Notes under the pieces: generated by a model
Seen by the model: only the letters and a program-made list of their open reading frames with translations
Told to the model about the DNA's origin: nothing
Databases searched by the model: none
DNA from: Acidobacteriaceae bacterium
GTDB lineage: Bacteria > Acidobacteriota > Terriglobia > Terriglobales > Acidobacteriaceae
Direction of reading: 5' to 3'
DNA length: 61,172 nucleotides
NCBI GenBank assembly: GCA_036267335.1
Contig: DATAWF010000175.1
Span: 1-61,172 of the forward strand
Translations under genes and position numbers: made by a program
Shown: positions 1 to 9,278 of the stretch, piece after piece
Position numbering within the stretch: the first letter of the stretch is position 1
Layout of the letters: each line of letters begins with the position of its first letter

Positions 1-96
1 TGCCTGGCTGGCCCTGCGGCCCAAGGAGAAGCCACCCACGAACGGCGGGATATAGGGCGGTTTCGAAGGTTTTGCAACGTATTCAGAAGTGGCCAT
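1..96 (-). CDS. 5' end of an unidentified gene running out of the window (MATSEYVAKPSKPPYIPPFVGGFSLGRRASQA...)
   Basis: ATG at 96..94 opens a frame that stays open to the window edge. It lies directly downstream of the NusG-like gene on the same strand. The RBS is weak and no family is recognisable. Confidence 0.3.
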   Translation of the reverse strand, partial: MATSEYVAKPSKPPYIPPFVGGFSLGRRASQA

Positions 97-215
97 AAGT
101 TTTTCCGTCGACCAGATCGCCGGGGGGCTCGGCTGTTCGTACTACGTCCAGTTGCGACCGTTGGGGGAAGCGGCACGGCAGGTGCAATGCGTCAATCTAA
201 TTTCGAATCCAATTT

Positions 216-827
216 TCACAAAGCCGTTGTCCCGGAATGTTGTCTGCGCCCGGCGTTTTTGTCTTCCGCGACGGCCTCGATCTCCTCCGGTCTCACCTCG
301 ACCGAGATTGCCTGAGACATCGCGGAAACGGAAACGATCAACCGAAGATTGTTCTTGCTGCTGGTCAGGCGCCCACGCACGCCAGCCAGAGGCCCGCTCT
401 TGACCTCGACCATGGAACCGATCGGCAAGCACTCGCACCGGCTGCAGGCAAGCCTGCTGTCTAGAGTTTTCCGCAGCGATTCGATCTCGCTGTCGGGCAC
501 GGGTACCGGCGCCTGGTTGTCGCCTAGAATGCGCACGACGCCACTGGTCTCGAGTACGCGCACCCGGTTGCGCAGAGTCGCATCCTGGCGGACAAAAAGA
601 TATCCGCTGAAAGCAGGAACCTCGATTGCTTTTTTTCGGTCGGACCACTGATGGAGTTCCTTGATCAGCGGCAGATAGGTCGTAAAGCCCTTCACTGCGA
701 GATCGTGTGCGATTCGCTGCTCATGCCGGTAGCGAGTTTGCACGCCGTACCAGGAGGTGCTGTCGCTGGCAAATGTGCTCGCCGGCAGCTCCGGCTGAAA
801 ATCGGCCCTCGCAAGAGCTTCGCTCAC
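216..827 (-). CDS. NusG-like / UpxY-family transcription antiterminator
   Basis: From ORF 216..938. It has the WYGVQTRYRHEQ...GFTTYLPL NusG-N pattern and a KOW-like GSMVEVKSGPLAGVRGRL. I moved the start to the in-frame GTG (aa 38 of the ORF), which is preceded by GGAGG. Confidence 0.75.
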   Translation of the reverse strand: MSEALARADFQPELPASTFASDSTSWYGVQTRYRHEQRIAHDLAVKGFTTYLPLIKELHQWSDRKKAIEVPAFSGYLFVRQDATLRNRVRVLETSGVVRILGDNQAPVPVPDSEIESLRKTLDSRLACSRCECLPIGSMVEVKSGPLAGVRGRLTSSKNNLRLIVSVSAMSQAISVEVRPEEIEAVAEDKNAGRRQHSGTTAL

Positions 828-1509
828 ATGACCTCCCAAAGTGATCCTGCCATCGTGGTTTGCGTGCTGCCCGGAATTGCGAACTCCCGAGGCGAGACCA
901 CATGTTGCGTCTGAAGTGAAGAACCAGCAGCAAAACAATCAGCGAGCCAACCGCAAACCGCCGCATACGTGATCGCGAGAAGCGGTTGCTTCAAACCAAT
1001 CTCTTCCGCGCAACTCTCCGGTCAAAAGCCTCTTCGCGATCGGGAAAGCCGGAACAACGATTTGTTCGGTTTAGTCCACCCTCATCTCGTGGACTCCTCC
1101 GCAGCGGGTCCTTCCCGCATCGTTAGTGTCTACGCTACCCAGGAAAGGCCCAAATATCTACGTCGTTTTGGTAACGAAGTGTGCAACGTTGGGCACCCAG
1201 GGGGAGATTACTGGAAAAGGCAAAAAGGGTTACCGTCCGATCGACGGGCCTCGTCCTAAACCCCATCCGCTCAGCAACCTCATTGCCGCTTTGCGTGCGA
1301 ATGGCGAGGTTTCTGGAGCAAGTTGAAGCAGCGGCATTCCATTTCTTTCCGGAACCACCGCATCTCCGCGAGGAGCGGTTTGCAGGGTGACCGTGGAGTG
1401 CCCCTGCGTTACCAAGGTACAGTACGCCCTCTGACCTCTGCAGAAAAGAGGAAAATTAGTCTTGTTTTCATGAGCTTATGAGGACATCAAAGGGGCAGTC
1501 ACGGCTGGA

Positions 1510-1744
1510 GCATTCTCCTGAGGGTTGTGGAGCAGAGAACGGAGCTCCACGTATTTTTCCTGAGGTTGTGGAGTAGAGTGCAGGCCTCAATGCGGCCATT
1601 CCATCGAAGAGGGGCCGCACAGAAAAATCATGGCCACGCCCACGTGTCAGCAGAAATGCGGGAACGCAGCCATTCCATCGAAGAATGGCCGCACGTAGAG
1701 CAACCATCACAACCATCACCACTCCATAGCGCCGGGAGAAATGC
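1510..1744. mobile_element. Composite/tandem MITE-like element, repeat family 1
   Basis: Ends are GCATTCTCCTGA ... GGGAGAAATGC, with an internal TCAGCAGAAATGC. It holds two copies of the core hairpin GCCATTCCATCGAAGA(A/G)(T/G)GGC. Related copies lie at 11509, 20246 and 25828. Confidence 0.7.
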
Positions 1745-1829
1745 TCTAATTGCCCGATGAGCCTCTTTCTGCTGTCGCCCTCGCTCCTGCTTCCTGCCCG
1801 GAGCCTCTGCCAATGAAGAGGAGCTGCCA

Positions 1830-2786
1830 ATGAACAGGAGCCAAGGAGCCATCCGTCTCGGCCGCATTGCAGGAATCGAGCTCTATCTGCACTGGTCCTG
1901 GTTTCTGGTTGCCGCGATCGAGATCGAAAGCCGGGGAAGCAGCTATACCTCGATTTCCTGGAATATTCTCGAATATCTGGCGCTCTTCCTGATCGTGACG
2001 TTGCACGAGTTTGGACACGCGCTGGCCTGCAGGCAGGTGGGAGGAACCGCGGATCGCATTCTCTTGTGGCCCCTGGGCGGTGTGGCGTATGTGAACCCGC
2101 CTCCGCGTCCTGGAGCAACGCTGTGGAGCATCGCCGCCGGTCCCCTGGTGAATGTTGCGCTGCTTCCGGTCTTGATGGGGCTGGCGGCGCATGGTCAGGC
2201 GCTCGGATGGGCGCAGACCATGCCCAACGCGAACGCATTCCTCCATGCCATCGTTTATATCAATCTCGGTCTGCTGCTTTTCAATCTGGTGCCGGTCTAT
2301 CCACTCGATGGTGGACAGATCCTCCGCTCGCTCCTGTGGTTTGTGTTGGGGCGGGCGCGCAGCCTTTTAGTCTCGACAGTTCTGGGCTTTGCCGGGGCTG
2401 CGGCCTTTGTCGCGTTTGCGCTGTGGAGCCGCTCTCTTTGGTTTGGCTTGCTGGCGGCGTTTTTTGTCTATAGCTGCTGGCGAGGTTTCGGGCAGGCCAG
2501 GATTCTGCGGCAGATGGAAAAGCTGCCGCGCCGCGAAGAGTGGCGCTGCCCTTTCTGCAAGACTGCGCCGCCGGCCGCCGATCTTTGGATCTGCCGCAGA
2601 TGCGGCGGCCGCTACGACACCTTTGCGACCCTTGGGGTTTGTCCCACGTGCGGTTCCGAATCGGCACTGACCGCGTGCCCGGAGTGTGGCCGGATGTCGC
2701 CGATCGGGGAGTGGCAGGTTCCCGTGGCGTTGCCGGAAGCTGACATCGAGCGCCGCAGTCATGACCGCATCAACTCAAATGGTTGA
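1830..2786 (+). CDS. M50-family (site-2 protease-like) membrane metalloprotease with a C-terminal double zinc ribbon
   Basis: HEFGHALA (HExxH) sits in a TM helix, with a downstream LVPVYPLDGG motif and multiple TM segments. The C-terminus has four CxxC pairs (CPFC..CRRC..CPTC..CPEC). GAGGAG lies upstream of the ATG. Confidence 0.85.
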   Translation: MNRSQGAIRLGRIAGIELYLHWSWFLVAAIEIESRGSSYTSISWNILEYLALFLIVTLHEFGHALACRQVGGTADRILLWPLGGVAYVNPPPRPGATLWSIAAGPLVNVALLPVLMGLAAHGQALGWAQTMPNANAFLHAIVYINLGLLLFNLVPVYPLDGGQILRSLLWFVLGRARSLLVSTVLGFAGAAAFVAFALWSRSLWFGLLAAFFVYSCWRGFGQARILRQMEKLPRREEWRCPFCKTAPPAADLWICRRCGGRYDTFATLGVCPTCGSESALTACPECGRMSPIGEWQVPVALPEADIERRSHDRINSNG

Positions 2787-2794
2787 GCCAAACT

Positions 2795-2885
2795 TCGTCT
2801 CGAAACAATTGCGGTAAACTCGGCTTTTTACCGAGAAAAGCCGCGAATCGCGGATCTTGGCGCCTCAGAGCAACAGGAAAAAAGA
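2795..2885. repeat. Degenerate copy of repeat family 2
   Basis: Shares CGGCTTTTTACCGAGAAAAGCCGCGAATCGCGGATCTTGGCGCCTCAGAGCAACAGGAAA with the copies at 10371 and 13571. The left terminal repeat is missing. Confidence 0.6.
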
Positions 2886-3004
2886 CCAGTTTTTCCTTCT
2901 TGATCCTGCTCACTTCCATACCCGTCCGTTGTTCGCGGCAAGAGCAGCATTGGGTCTCTGTGAATCCCTCGGGAACGGTAAGCCGGGCCCTCTCGGCGCT
3001 CCAG

Positions 3005-5839
3005 TCAGAAGGTGAGCGTCGCCGTGAAGTTAATGTCGCGATTGCCGGGAGTACCCGTATCCGTCTCAACCGACTGTGATTTCCCAAAAAGAGGTGAGGT
3101 TAGGACGCCGTTCGGCGGCCCCAGATTGACGTAGTTCAAGAGATTCAGAACCGACGCGCCGAAGGTCAGGTTGTATTTGCGCGGGACTGTGGCATCGAGC
3201 TTCGGCCGAGCCTGCCCGCCGGTCAGCCCGCTATTCTGAACACTTTGACTCCCTTGAAAGCTGAATCCCCCATTCTCGCCCTTGATTCTGGGGCCCACGC
3301 CGATGGTCTTGCTGACTCGCAGGTTGAAGAAAAGGCTGGCCGGCCCGGTCCCGAGGCCGTAGGGAACGATCTTTTCGCCTTTGCCGACCGGATTCGTGTC
3401 GAGACAGCCATAACGGGTGGAGATGACACTAGGGGCTCCGCATGCGCCATAGGTCGGGCGGGCATTGAACTGATTGTTTCCCGTCAGATCGCTGCCAATA
3501 GTGATGTTGTAGGGCGCGCCGGAAGACGCGTTCACGAACGGGGCGATGGTGATCTTGTAGGGCGCCACGTAGCTCGCCAAGAGGAAGAAGCGGTTGTGAT
3601 TTCCCCAAACGGCGCGGCCAAAGTCGAGGCTCGGATCCTGCGGATCGGAAGGAAATGAGTGGAAGCCCTGGGTATCGCTCTTGGCCTCGGTAAAGGTATA
3701 GGTAGTGGTCAGCGACAGCTTGCGCATCCGCGCGCTGGCGGTAGCGATGACCTGCTCCTGCTTCCAGGTCCCTCCGGATTCGAGCTGGTAATGGTAGACC
3801 GCGGGCTGCGATCCGCCGACAGTGTAGGTAGCAGGATCGAAGCGCGGCGCCGTAATGTTGGCGGCATCGGGGGCGTGGATCGTCCGATGCTGGAGAAACG
3901 TGACATTGAAGGTGACCTGTTTTGCGAGCTGCCGGTCGACCCCCACCGCTGCCTGCATGGCGAGACCTGCATGGAGATGGGAATCGATACTGTAAATGAT
4001 CGGAACGCTCGAATTGTTTGCGATGAGATCGGCGGCCGGCGCCGCCGAAGCCGGATCGTAGAAATCGGGATTATTCACGACATAGTTTTGCTGGTTGATG
4101 CCGTTGTCATGAATCGCGGTGAGGATGGCCATGGAGCTTGAGCCGCAGCAAGGGCTGATGTAGCGGCCATAAAACCAGCCATAGCCGGCGCGCACAACCG
4201 TCTTAGGGGGATTCTTCCCCACATGGCCGGGAGCCCAGGCGAACGAAAGCCGTGGCGCCAAATCGACGTGATCGGAGATCCGGTTCTGACCTTCCAGGCG
4301 CAGCCCGTAGCTGAGAGTGAAGTTCGGCTTCCACTTCCAATCGTCCTGATAGAAAAACGCTCCATCGACCATCAGCAGTCTGGCCAGCGGGTTGTTGACG
4401 ACCGTGGCCGAATATTGGTCCGGCGTTCCCGCCAGATAGTGCTGGACGGTTTGGAAGATGTAGCTTCCGTTCGCGCCAGCGGTTGAGTAATTCGCTTCGC
4501 GATAGGCGCGCCACCGCGTTCCGAAGCGCATCGTGTGCCGCCCGGCGGTGGCCGTCCAATAATCCTGCAGCTCGAAAATATCCTGGTGGTCCTGCGCGGT
4601 TCCGGTGCTATTACCTCCGGTGGTGAAGGCCCCCTGGACGGTGATGGCAGGCGTTCCATAGAGGGACGTTTGATAGCTGCGGGTTCTCGTCCATGAGAAA
4701 CGGACGTCATTGATCAAGTGATCGTTGACAACCATGGTGTCACCGGCTTCGAGATCGTTTTGCTCATTGCCGGAGTCGAATGCCTGCTGAGGTAAGCTGA
4801 GCGTGCCGATACCGTTGTTTCTTGCAGCCGAGGTACGGAAGGAATCCCGCAGAGTCAGCGTATTGTTCTTTCCGAGTTCCAGGTCCACCCGCGGACTGAT
4901 AGACCACACTGCCAGGGGATTCGGCAGCAGCTCCCGCAGGGCAGAGTTCGTGTTCCCTGGATCGATCGCGTTCACGATGCTCTGGTTCTGCTGACTCGCC
5001 CTATATCCGTTGACAAAATACGATGCCCCTTTCGACAAAGGTCCGCTGACATTTCCCATGAGCTCATAGAAGTAATAGCTGGGTTGTTGCGGGACCAAGG
5101 GATTGGCCGTACTTAACGCAGAATCGATTCCTTGAGCGAGAAACTGGCCGGCGAATTTGTTCGAGCCAGCCTTGGTGATGATCTCGATGCGCCCATAACC
5201 GAGCTTGTCAAACTCCGCGGAAAAAGGGTTGGAGTTGATGCGGATCTCCCGAATCGAGGACTTGGGCGGAAGCTGGCCGCTGCTGAAGCCGTCGATATAA
5301 ATCTGGCCGCCATCCGGCCCCGCTGAGTTTCCCGCCAAAGCCTGCAGCTCGTTTGCCAACTGCGTGGGATCGTCCGACAAGGCATCCAGATCCGATCCGC
5401 TGAGAACGACCCCGCTGGCGTTTTGATCCGGATTAAGGCCGACCGAATTGGTACGGCCTGTGACGGTGACATTCTGCTGCTGCACCGCAATCGACAAAGA
5501 GACATTCATCTCCCGCGTCTGGCCGGCGACGATAACCACTCCTTCTTTCGAGAAAGGCGCAAATCCCTGCGCCTGGACGCCGAGGGTGTAGGTTCCCGCC
5601 GGCAGCCCTTGAAAGCCATAACTTCCATCCCGCCCGGATTGGGCCTGGGCGGTTTGTCCGTCTTCCGTCAGAGTCACGGCCGCGCCCGGCACCACAGCGC
5701 CGCTGGGATCCTGCACTTCGCCCCGCAGGCTGCCGGCCGCCTGCGCGAAGAGTCCCTGCAAAGGCACCACGAGAACGGCCAGCAGGAGCAGGAAACGGTG
5801 AGCTATACCGCGAGAATGCCCTATTTTTTGCAAAATCAT
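3005..5839 (-). CDS. TonB-dependent receptor with an N-terminal carboxypeptidase-regulatory-like domain
   Basis: 944 aa with a signal peptide. The N-domain reads GSLRGEVQDPSGAVVPGAAVTL...DGSYGFQGLPAGTYTL. It has a long beta-rich body and a C-terminal aromatic residue (..TATLTF). Confidence 0.85.
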   Translation of the reverse strand: MILQKIGHSRGIAHRFLLLLAVLVVPLQGLFAQAAGSLRGEVQDPSGAVVPGAAVTLTEDGQTAQAQSGRDGSYGFQGLPAGTYTLGVQAQGFAPFSKEGVVIVAGQTREMNVSLSIAVQQQNVTVTGRTNSVGLNPDQNASGVVLSGSDLDALSDDPTQLANELQALAGNSAGPDGGQIYIDGFSSGQLPPKSSIREIRINSNPFSAEFDKLGYGRIEIITKAGSNKFAGQFLAQGIDSALSTANPLVPQQPSYYFYELMGNVSGPLSKGASYFVNGYRASQQNQSIVNAIDPGNTNSALRELLPNPLAVWSISPRVDLELGKNNTLTLRDSFRTSAARNNGIGTLSLPQQAFDSGNEQNDLEAGDTMVVNDHLINDVRFSWTRTRSYQTSLYGTPAITVQGAFTTGGNSTGTAQDHQDIFELQDYWTATAGRHTMRFGTRWRAYREANYSTAGANGSYIFQTVQHYLAGTPDQYSATVVNNPLARLLMVDGAFFYQDDWKWKPNFTLSYGLRLEGQNRISDHVDLAPRLSFAWAPGHVGKNPPKTVVRAGYGWFYGRYISPCCGSSSMAILTAIHDNGINQQNYVVNNPDFYDPASAAPAADLIANNSSVPIIYSIDSHLHAGLAMQAAVGVDRQLAKQVTFNVTFLQHRTIHAPDAANITAPRFDPATYTVGGSQPAVYHYQLESGGTWKQEQVIATASARMRKLSLTTTYTFTEAKSDTQGFHSFPSDPQDPSLDFGRAVWGNHNRFFLLASYVAPYKITIAPFVNASSGAPYNITIGSDLTGNNQFNARPTYGACGAPSVISTRYGCLDTNPVGKGEKIVPYGLGTGPASLFFNLRVSKTIGVGPRIKGENGGFSFQGSQSVQNSGLTGGQARPKLDATVPRKYNLTFGASVLNLLNYVNLGPPNGVLTSPLFGKSQSVETDTGTPGNRDINFTATLTF

Positions 5840-5931
5840 CTCCTCTCTCCTGTCCAGGGGACACGAGTCGTGCTATTGGCTTACGCCCGGGATTATTTGA
5901 GGAACAGAGTGGCGGGTGTTTCCGTTTTCGC

Positions 5932-6726
5932 TTAATCGGCCAGCTTGAATATCCGGATCTGGATCAGCTTGCGAATCGTCAGGTTCTGCAAGCCGCGCGC
6001 CTTCATCCGCGCCACAAACGATGCGTCGATCTTCAAGACACCCATTTGAATCATTTCTTCTTCCGTCGGCGAATATCCCATCGCCCGCAACTGCTGGACT
6101 TTTTCCGGCGAGACGCCCACTGCCTTCATGCTGATCAGCCTCTCCGCCTTTAGTTCCGGATACCCCGCGGCAGCCATGCCGCGCACATAGGTTGGGTCCA
6201 CCTTCAGCGCTCGCAGAGCCATGAGATCTCCCGCCGTGATCTCCCGGCCGCCGGCGTCCTGCATCTCCTTCACCCACGCGGTCGTCACTCCCAACATCGC
6301 GTAGTTTTGCAGGCGCTCCGGTGTCTGATTCTCAAACCCCAATGCCTCCATCTCCCGCGCAAATTGCGCACTCGGCGTAAAGGAGTAGGCGCCTTGCAAA
6401 ACAGCCTCATGGACCGTGCCCATACAGCGGATTTCTCCCGCGTCCGCTTTCATCCGTGCATCCACGGTTACGCCCTCGCGCTGGAGATCGGAGGGGGTCA
6501 CTCCGCTCCATCGGCCCCACTGCATGTCCGAATCGCCCTCATTGCATCGATCTCCGGCAGGGCAATCGCCACGCGACCAACGGAACAAAAGCTCGCTGTT
6601 CGTCCGGCCGGCGCGAATCGAGCAGCTTCCCGAAGTGTCGGCAACGGCCGCTGCCGTTCCGAGTCCGACGATCAATCCCAAAGCAAGTATTCGCCGCCAC
6701 ATATCATTCCTCCGAGGAATCCTCAA
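5932..6726 (-). CDS. Secreted repeat protein, paralogous to the C-terminal domain of the adjacent BlaR1-like sensor
   Basis: Has a signal peptide (RRILALGLIVGLGTAAAVA). About 35-aa modules (..LKVDPTYVRGMAAAGY.., ..MKAVGVSPEKVQQLRAMGY..) resemble the LKSLGVTPEY modules of ORF 6736..8661. Confidence 0.65.
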   Translation of the reverse strand: MRIPRRNDMWRRILALGLIVGLGTAAAVADTSGSCSIRAGRTNSELLFRWSRGDCPAGDRCNEGDSDMQWGRWSGVTPSDLQREGVTVDARMKADAGEIRCMGTVHEAVLQGAYSFTPSAQFAREMEALGFENQTPERLQNYAMLGVTTAWVKEMQDAGGREITAGDLMALRALKVDPTYVRGMAAAGYPELKAERLISMKAVGVSPEKVQQLRAMGYSPTEEEMIQMGVLKIDASFVARMKARGLQNLTIRKLIQIRIFKLAD

Positions 6727-6735
6727 ATTGCTGCA

Positions 6736-8661
6736 CTACCGATTGAGAAGGCCCGACATCTTCAGCCGCAACAGCTCATTCAGATCTTTGCCGTCGAAGC
6801 CATACGCCTTCGCCTGCGCGACAAAGTTCTGGTCGATGTGAAGGATGGCAGCCCGCCTCAGCTCCTCTGCCGTGATCTGCGGAAACTGCTGCTTGAGCCA
6901 TGCTGCGTATTCCGGCGTCATGCGCAGTGCTTTCAACACAATGAGTTGGCGCGCGCTCAGACCACTCAGGCCGGTCTGCTTGAGTCCGGCAACATACTCG
7001 GGTGTAATCGCCAGCGATTTCTCTTCCGCCAGCTCGTGAAAGTCTTTTGGTTCGATCCCACTTTGCTTCAGCCCACGTATATACTCCGGTGTTACCCCTA
7101 AAGACTTCAGCCTGATGAGATCTCGTGCCGTCGGTTTGCCCAGCCCTACTGTGCCCATAGCCTTTGCATACTCAGGCGTCACCCCAAGAGATTTCATCGT
7201 CGTCAAAGTATGGAAATCCTTGCTCAAATCCAGTCGGTATCCTGCATCGCGCATGCCGTCCAAATAAGACGGCGCGGTGGGCGCCGGCCCTCCCTCCGCC
7301 GCCTGCATTCTCGCAGCGAGGACGGGGGGCGTCACGGCATTCGCCGCAGCACTCGCTGAACGAAAAGGCTCACCGCCCGGGGCGGACGGCGGCATGACTT
7401 GCCCCGTCCTCGCGGCATGCTTGTCGATCTCCGCGTCATGGCCGGCCGTGCGCATCTGCTCAATGCGGCCGGCTTCTGCAGGAGCCGGCTTCGCATCTGG
7501 TTGCAGCTTCACAAGCTTCGGTTCTTGAAGAGGTGCCTCCTCTTTCGTTGCCTGTACGATGAGTGCCGGCGCGCGCAAGGAGGGCATTCCTATTTGCGCT
7601 TGCGGCTGTGCTTGATTCTGGATCGCCGGCGTGGACTGGCCGCCAAAACTTCTCGGGAGCGGTGAGAGGAAGAGCAAAGATGCAATGCCTATCGCCGCCA
7701 GAGAGAAAGGTCGCGCGGTCCACCGGCTCGCTGGGGGGAGCGTTACCCCAAGAATCCTGGCAATCCGTATCCGCAGCCCGGATTGCGGACGGTCACCGGC
7801 GAAGGCCATCGCCAGATCGATCCGCTGCTGGCGCTGCTCGGCGATCTGCAGGAGCGCTGTCGCATACGCCAGGGGATCCGCGCACGCGGCCAAGGCCAGG
7901 TCGTCGCAGCAGAGCTCCCGCTGGTGACGAATTCTTTTGCCCAGCCACCACACCGCCGGATGAAAGAAGAACAGCGTCTCGATCGATGTCTGGATCAGGT
8001 TCCAGAGATAATCCGCCCGTTGCACGTGGGCTAGCTCATGCATTAACACTGCTTCGAGTTGCTCCGGATCCAGAGACAGCAGCGCCGCAGCCGGCAAGAG
8101 AATGAGCGAGCGCGCCACGCCGATCGTGAGCGGCCCCGGAAGATGCTGGCAGACGCGCAGCTCCGCGATGCGGGAAATGCCCAGCCGCTCACGGAGTTTG
8201 GAACAGACGGCGAGAACGGATTCGGGAACTTCTTCCAGAGCCGCCCGGCGCAGCCGCTGAATGCACCACCAGCCCGCAACGGTGCGCGTGGAAAAGCAGA
8301 CCACGCCTATCAGCCACGCAAGATCGACCCACGGCAGCAGCGAGCCTAGCCGAAAGAACGTGAGCCGGCCCTGCCCGCCTGCGGCGATCATTGCAGAAGT
8401 CGATGGGAGGGCGGAAAGAACCGAATTCGTTGCGTCGGGGAAAGAGGAGGCCGCGGCAGGGAAATGCATCGTCTCATACGCGAGAGTGCCGGCCGCCGTT
8501 CCGAACATGAGCAAAAGAGTGACGAACGAAAGGAGATAGCGAGTCTCGCTGCGGGCTCTTCTCAACCGCGAGTCCAGCAGCCCATAGGTGCCTGCCAGGA
8601 TCGTCGCCTGCCAGCAGAAATGGATCAGTGTCCAGCCCAGAGTTTCCAAAGCACGATTCAT
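6736..8661 (-). CDS. BlaR1/MecR1-family (peptidase M56) membrane signal transducer with a non-canonical repeat sensor domain
   Basis: HELAHVQRADYLWN (HExxH) follows N-terminal TM helices. The gene overlaps the upstream BlaI-like gene by 4 nt. The C-terminal ~190 aa are tandem LKSLGVTPEY-type modules rather than a penicillin-binding domain. Confidence 0.85.
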   Translation of the reverse strand: MNRALETLGWTLIHFCWQATILAGTYGLLDSRLRRARSETRYLLSFVTLLLMFGTAAGTLAYETMHFPAAASSFPDATNSVLSALPSTSAMIAAGGQGRLTFFRLGSLLPWVDLAWLIGVVCFSTRTVAGWWCIQRLRRAALEEVPESVLAVCSKLRERLGISRIAELRVCQHLPGPLTIGVARSLILLPAAALLSLDPEQLEAVLMHELAHVQRADYLWNLIQTSIETLFFFHPAVWWLGKRIRHQRELCCDDLALAACADPLAYATALLQIAEQRQQRIDLAMAFAGDRPQSGLRIRIARILGVTLPPASRWTARPFSLAAIGIASLLFLSPLPRSFGGQSTPAIQNQAQPQAQIGMPSLRAPALIVQATKEEAPLQEPKLVKLQPDAKPAPAEAGRIEQMRTAGHDAEIDKHAARTGQVMPPSAPGGEPFRSASAAANAVTPPVLAARMQAAEGGPAPTAPSYLDGMRDAGYRLDLSKDFHTLTTMKSLGVTPEYAKAMGTVGLGKPTARDLIRLKSLGVTPEYIRGLKQSGIEPKDFHELAEEKSLAITPEYVAGLKQTGLSGLSARQLIVLKALRMTPEYAAWLKQQFPQITAEELRRAAILHIDQNFVAQAKAYGFDGKDLNELLRLKMSGLLNR

Positions 8662-9050
8662 TGGTTCCCCCTCCGCCGCTCGATGAGCTTCCGGATCTCT
8701 TCCAATTCCCGCGCATCTGCCGCTTCCATCGACAGGGCATGCATCGCCAACTGCGCTGCTGAGCCGGAAAAGAGCCGCTCACTCAGGTCCCGCAATATCT
8801 GCGTCTGAGTTTCCTCCTGGGTGGCTGTCGTCCGATAGATATGCGCTCTTCCGGATTCTTCGCGCTGCACCAGGTTCTTGTCCGTCATGATCTGCAGCAG
8901 CTTGAGCACGGAGGTGTATCCCAAAGGGCGCGCCTTGTTGACTTCTTCGTAGAGCTCGCGCACAGTCGCGGAGCCTTTCTTCCAAAGAATCCTCAGCAGT
9001 TCGAGTTCGCCTTCGGTCGGCTTGGGTAGTGGACCTGTCTCATGCTTCAT
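8658..9050 (-). CDS. BlaI/MecI/CopY-family winged-helix repressor
   Basis: 130 aa. Pattern: LELLRILWKKGSATVRELYEEVNK...GYTSVLKLLQIMTDKNLVQRE..GRAHIYR. It is coupled to the M56 sensor gene. Confidence 0.9.
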   Translation of the reverse strand: MKHETGPLPKPTEGELELLRILWKKGSATVRELYEEVNKARPLGYTSVLKLLQIMTDKNLVQREESGRAHIYRTTATQEETQTQILRDLSERLFSGSAAQLAMHALSMEAADARELEEIRKLIERRRGNQ

Positions 9051-9064
9051 GGAAAATGAAGCTA

Positions 9065-9102
9065 TACGAACAGCTTCGTATTTGTCAACGAAGATCTTCG
9101 TA
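9065..9102. promoter_or_regulatory. Two dyad-symmetric candidate operators upstream of the BlaI-like gene
   Basis: TACGAAcagcTTCGTA (9065..9080) and aACGAAgatcTTCGTa (9087..9102) lie 15-52 nt upstream of the start codon at 9050. Confidence 0.55.
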
Positions 9103-9278
9103 GGATCCGGTGCGGCGCCCCGGAAGCCGAGCGTAGGATATGTAAACCTATGTCAAGGAGTGAATTAGCATCGCCTTCCGCGAGAAAAGTTCGCGGCGGC
9201 GTCAGATTCAATGTCGAAAAAGATGATCTCCCTATGGGATCGTAAATCTCGACGCAGTTTCCGAGAATGCAGCTGAAC

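Noticed and set aside
1468-2246. 256-aa and 166-aa minus-strand ORFs
   Set aside because: They run through the MITE cluster and antisense to the M50 protease gene, and are Arg/Pro-rich.
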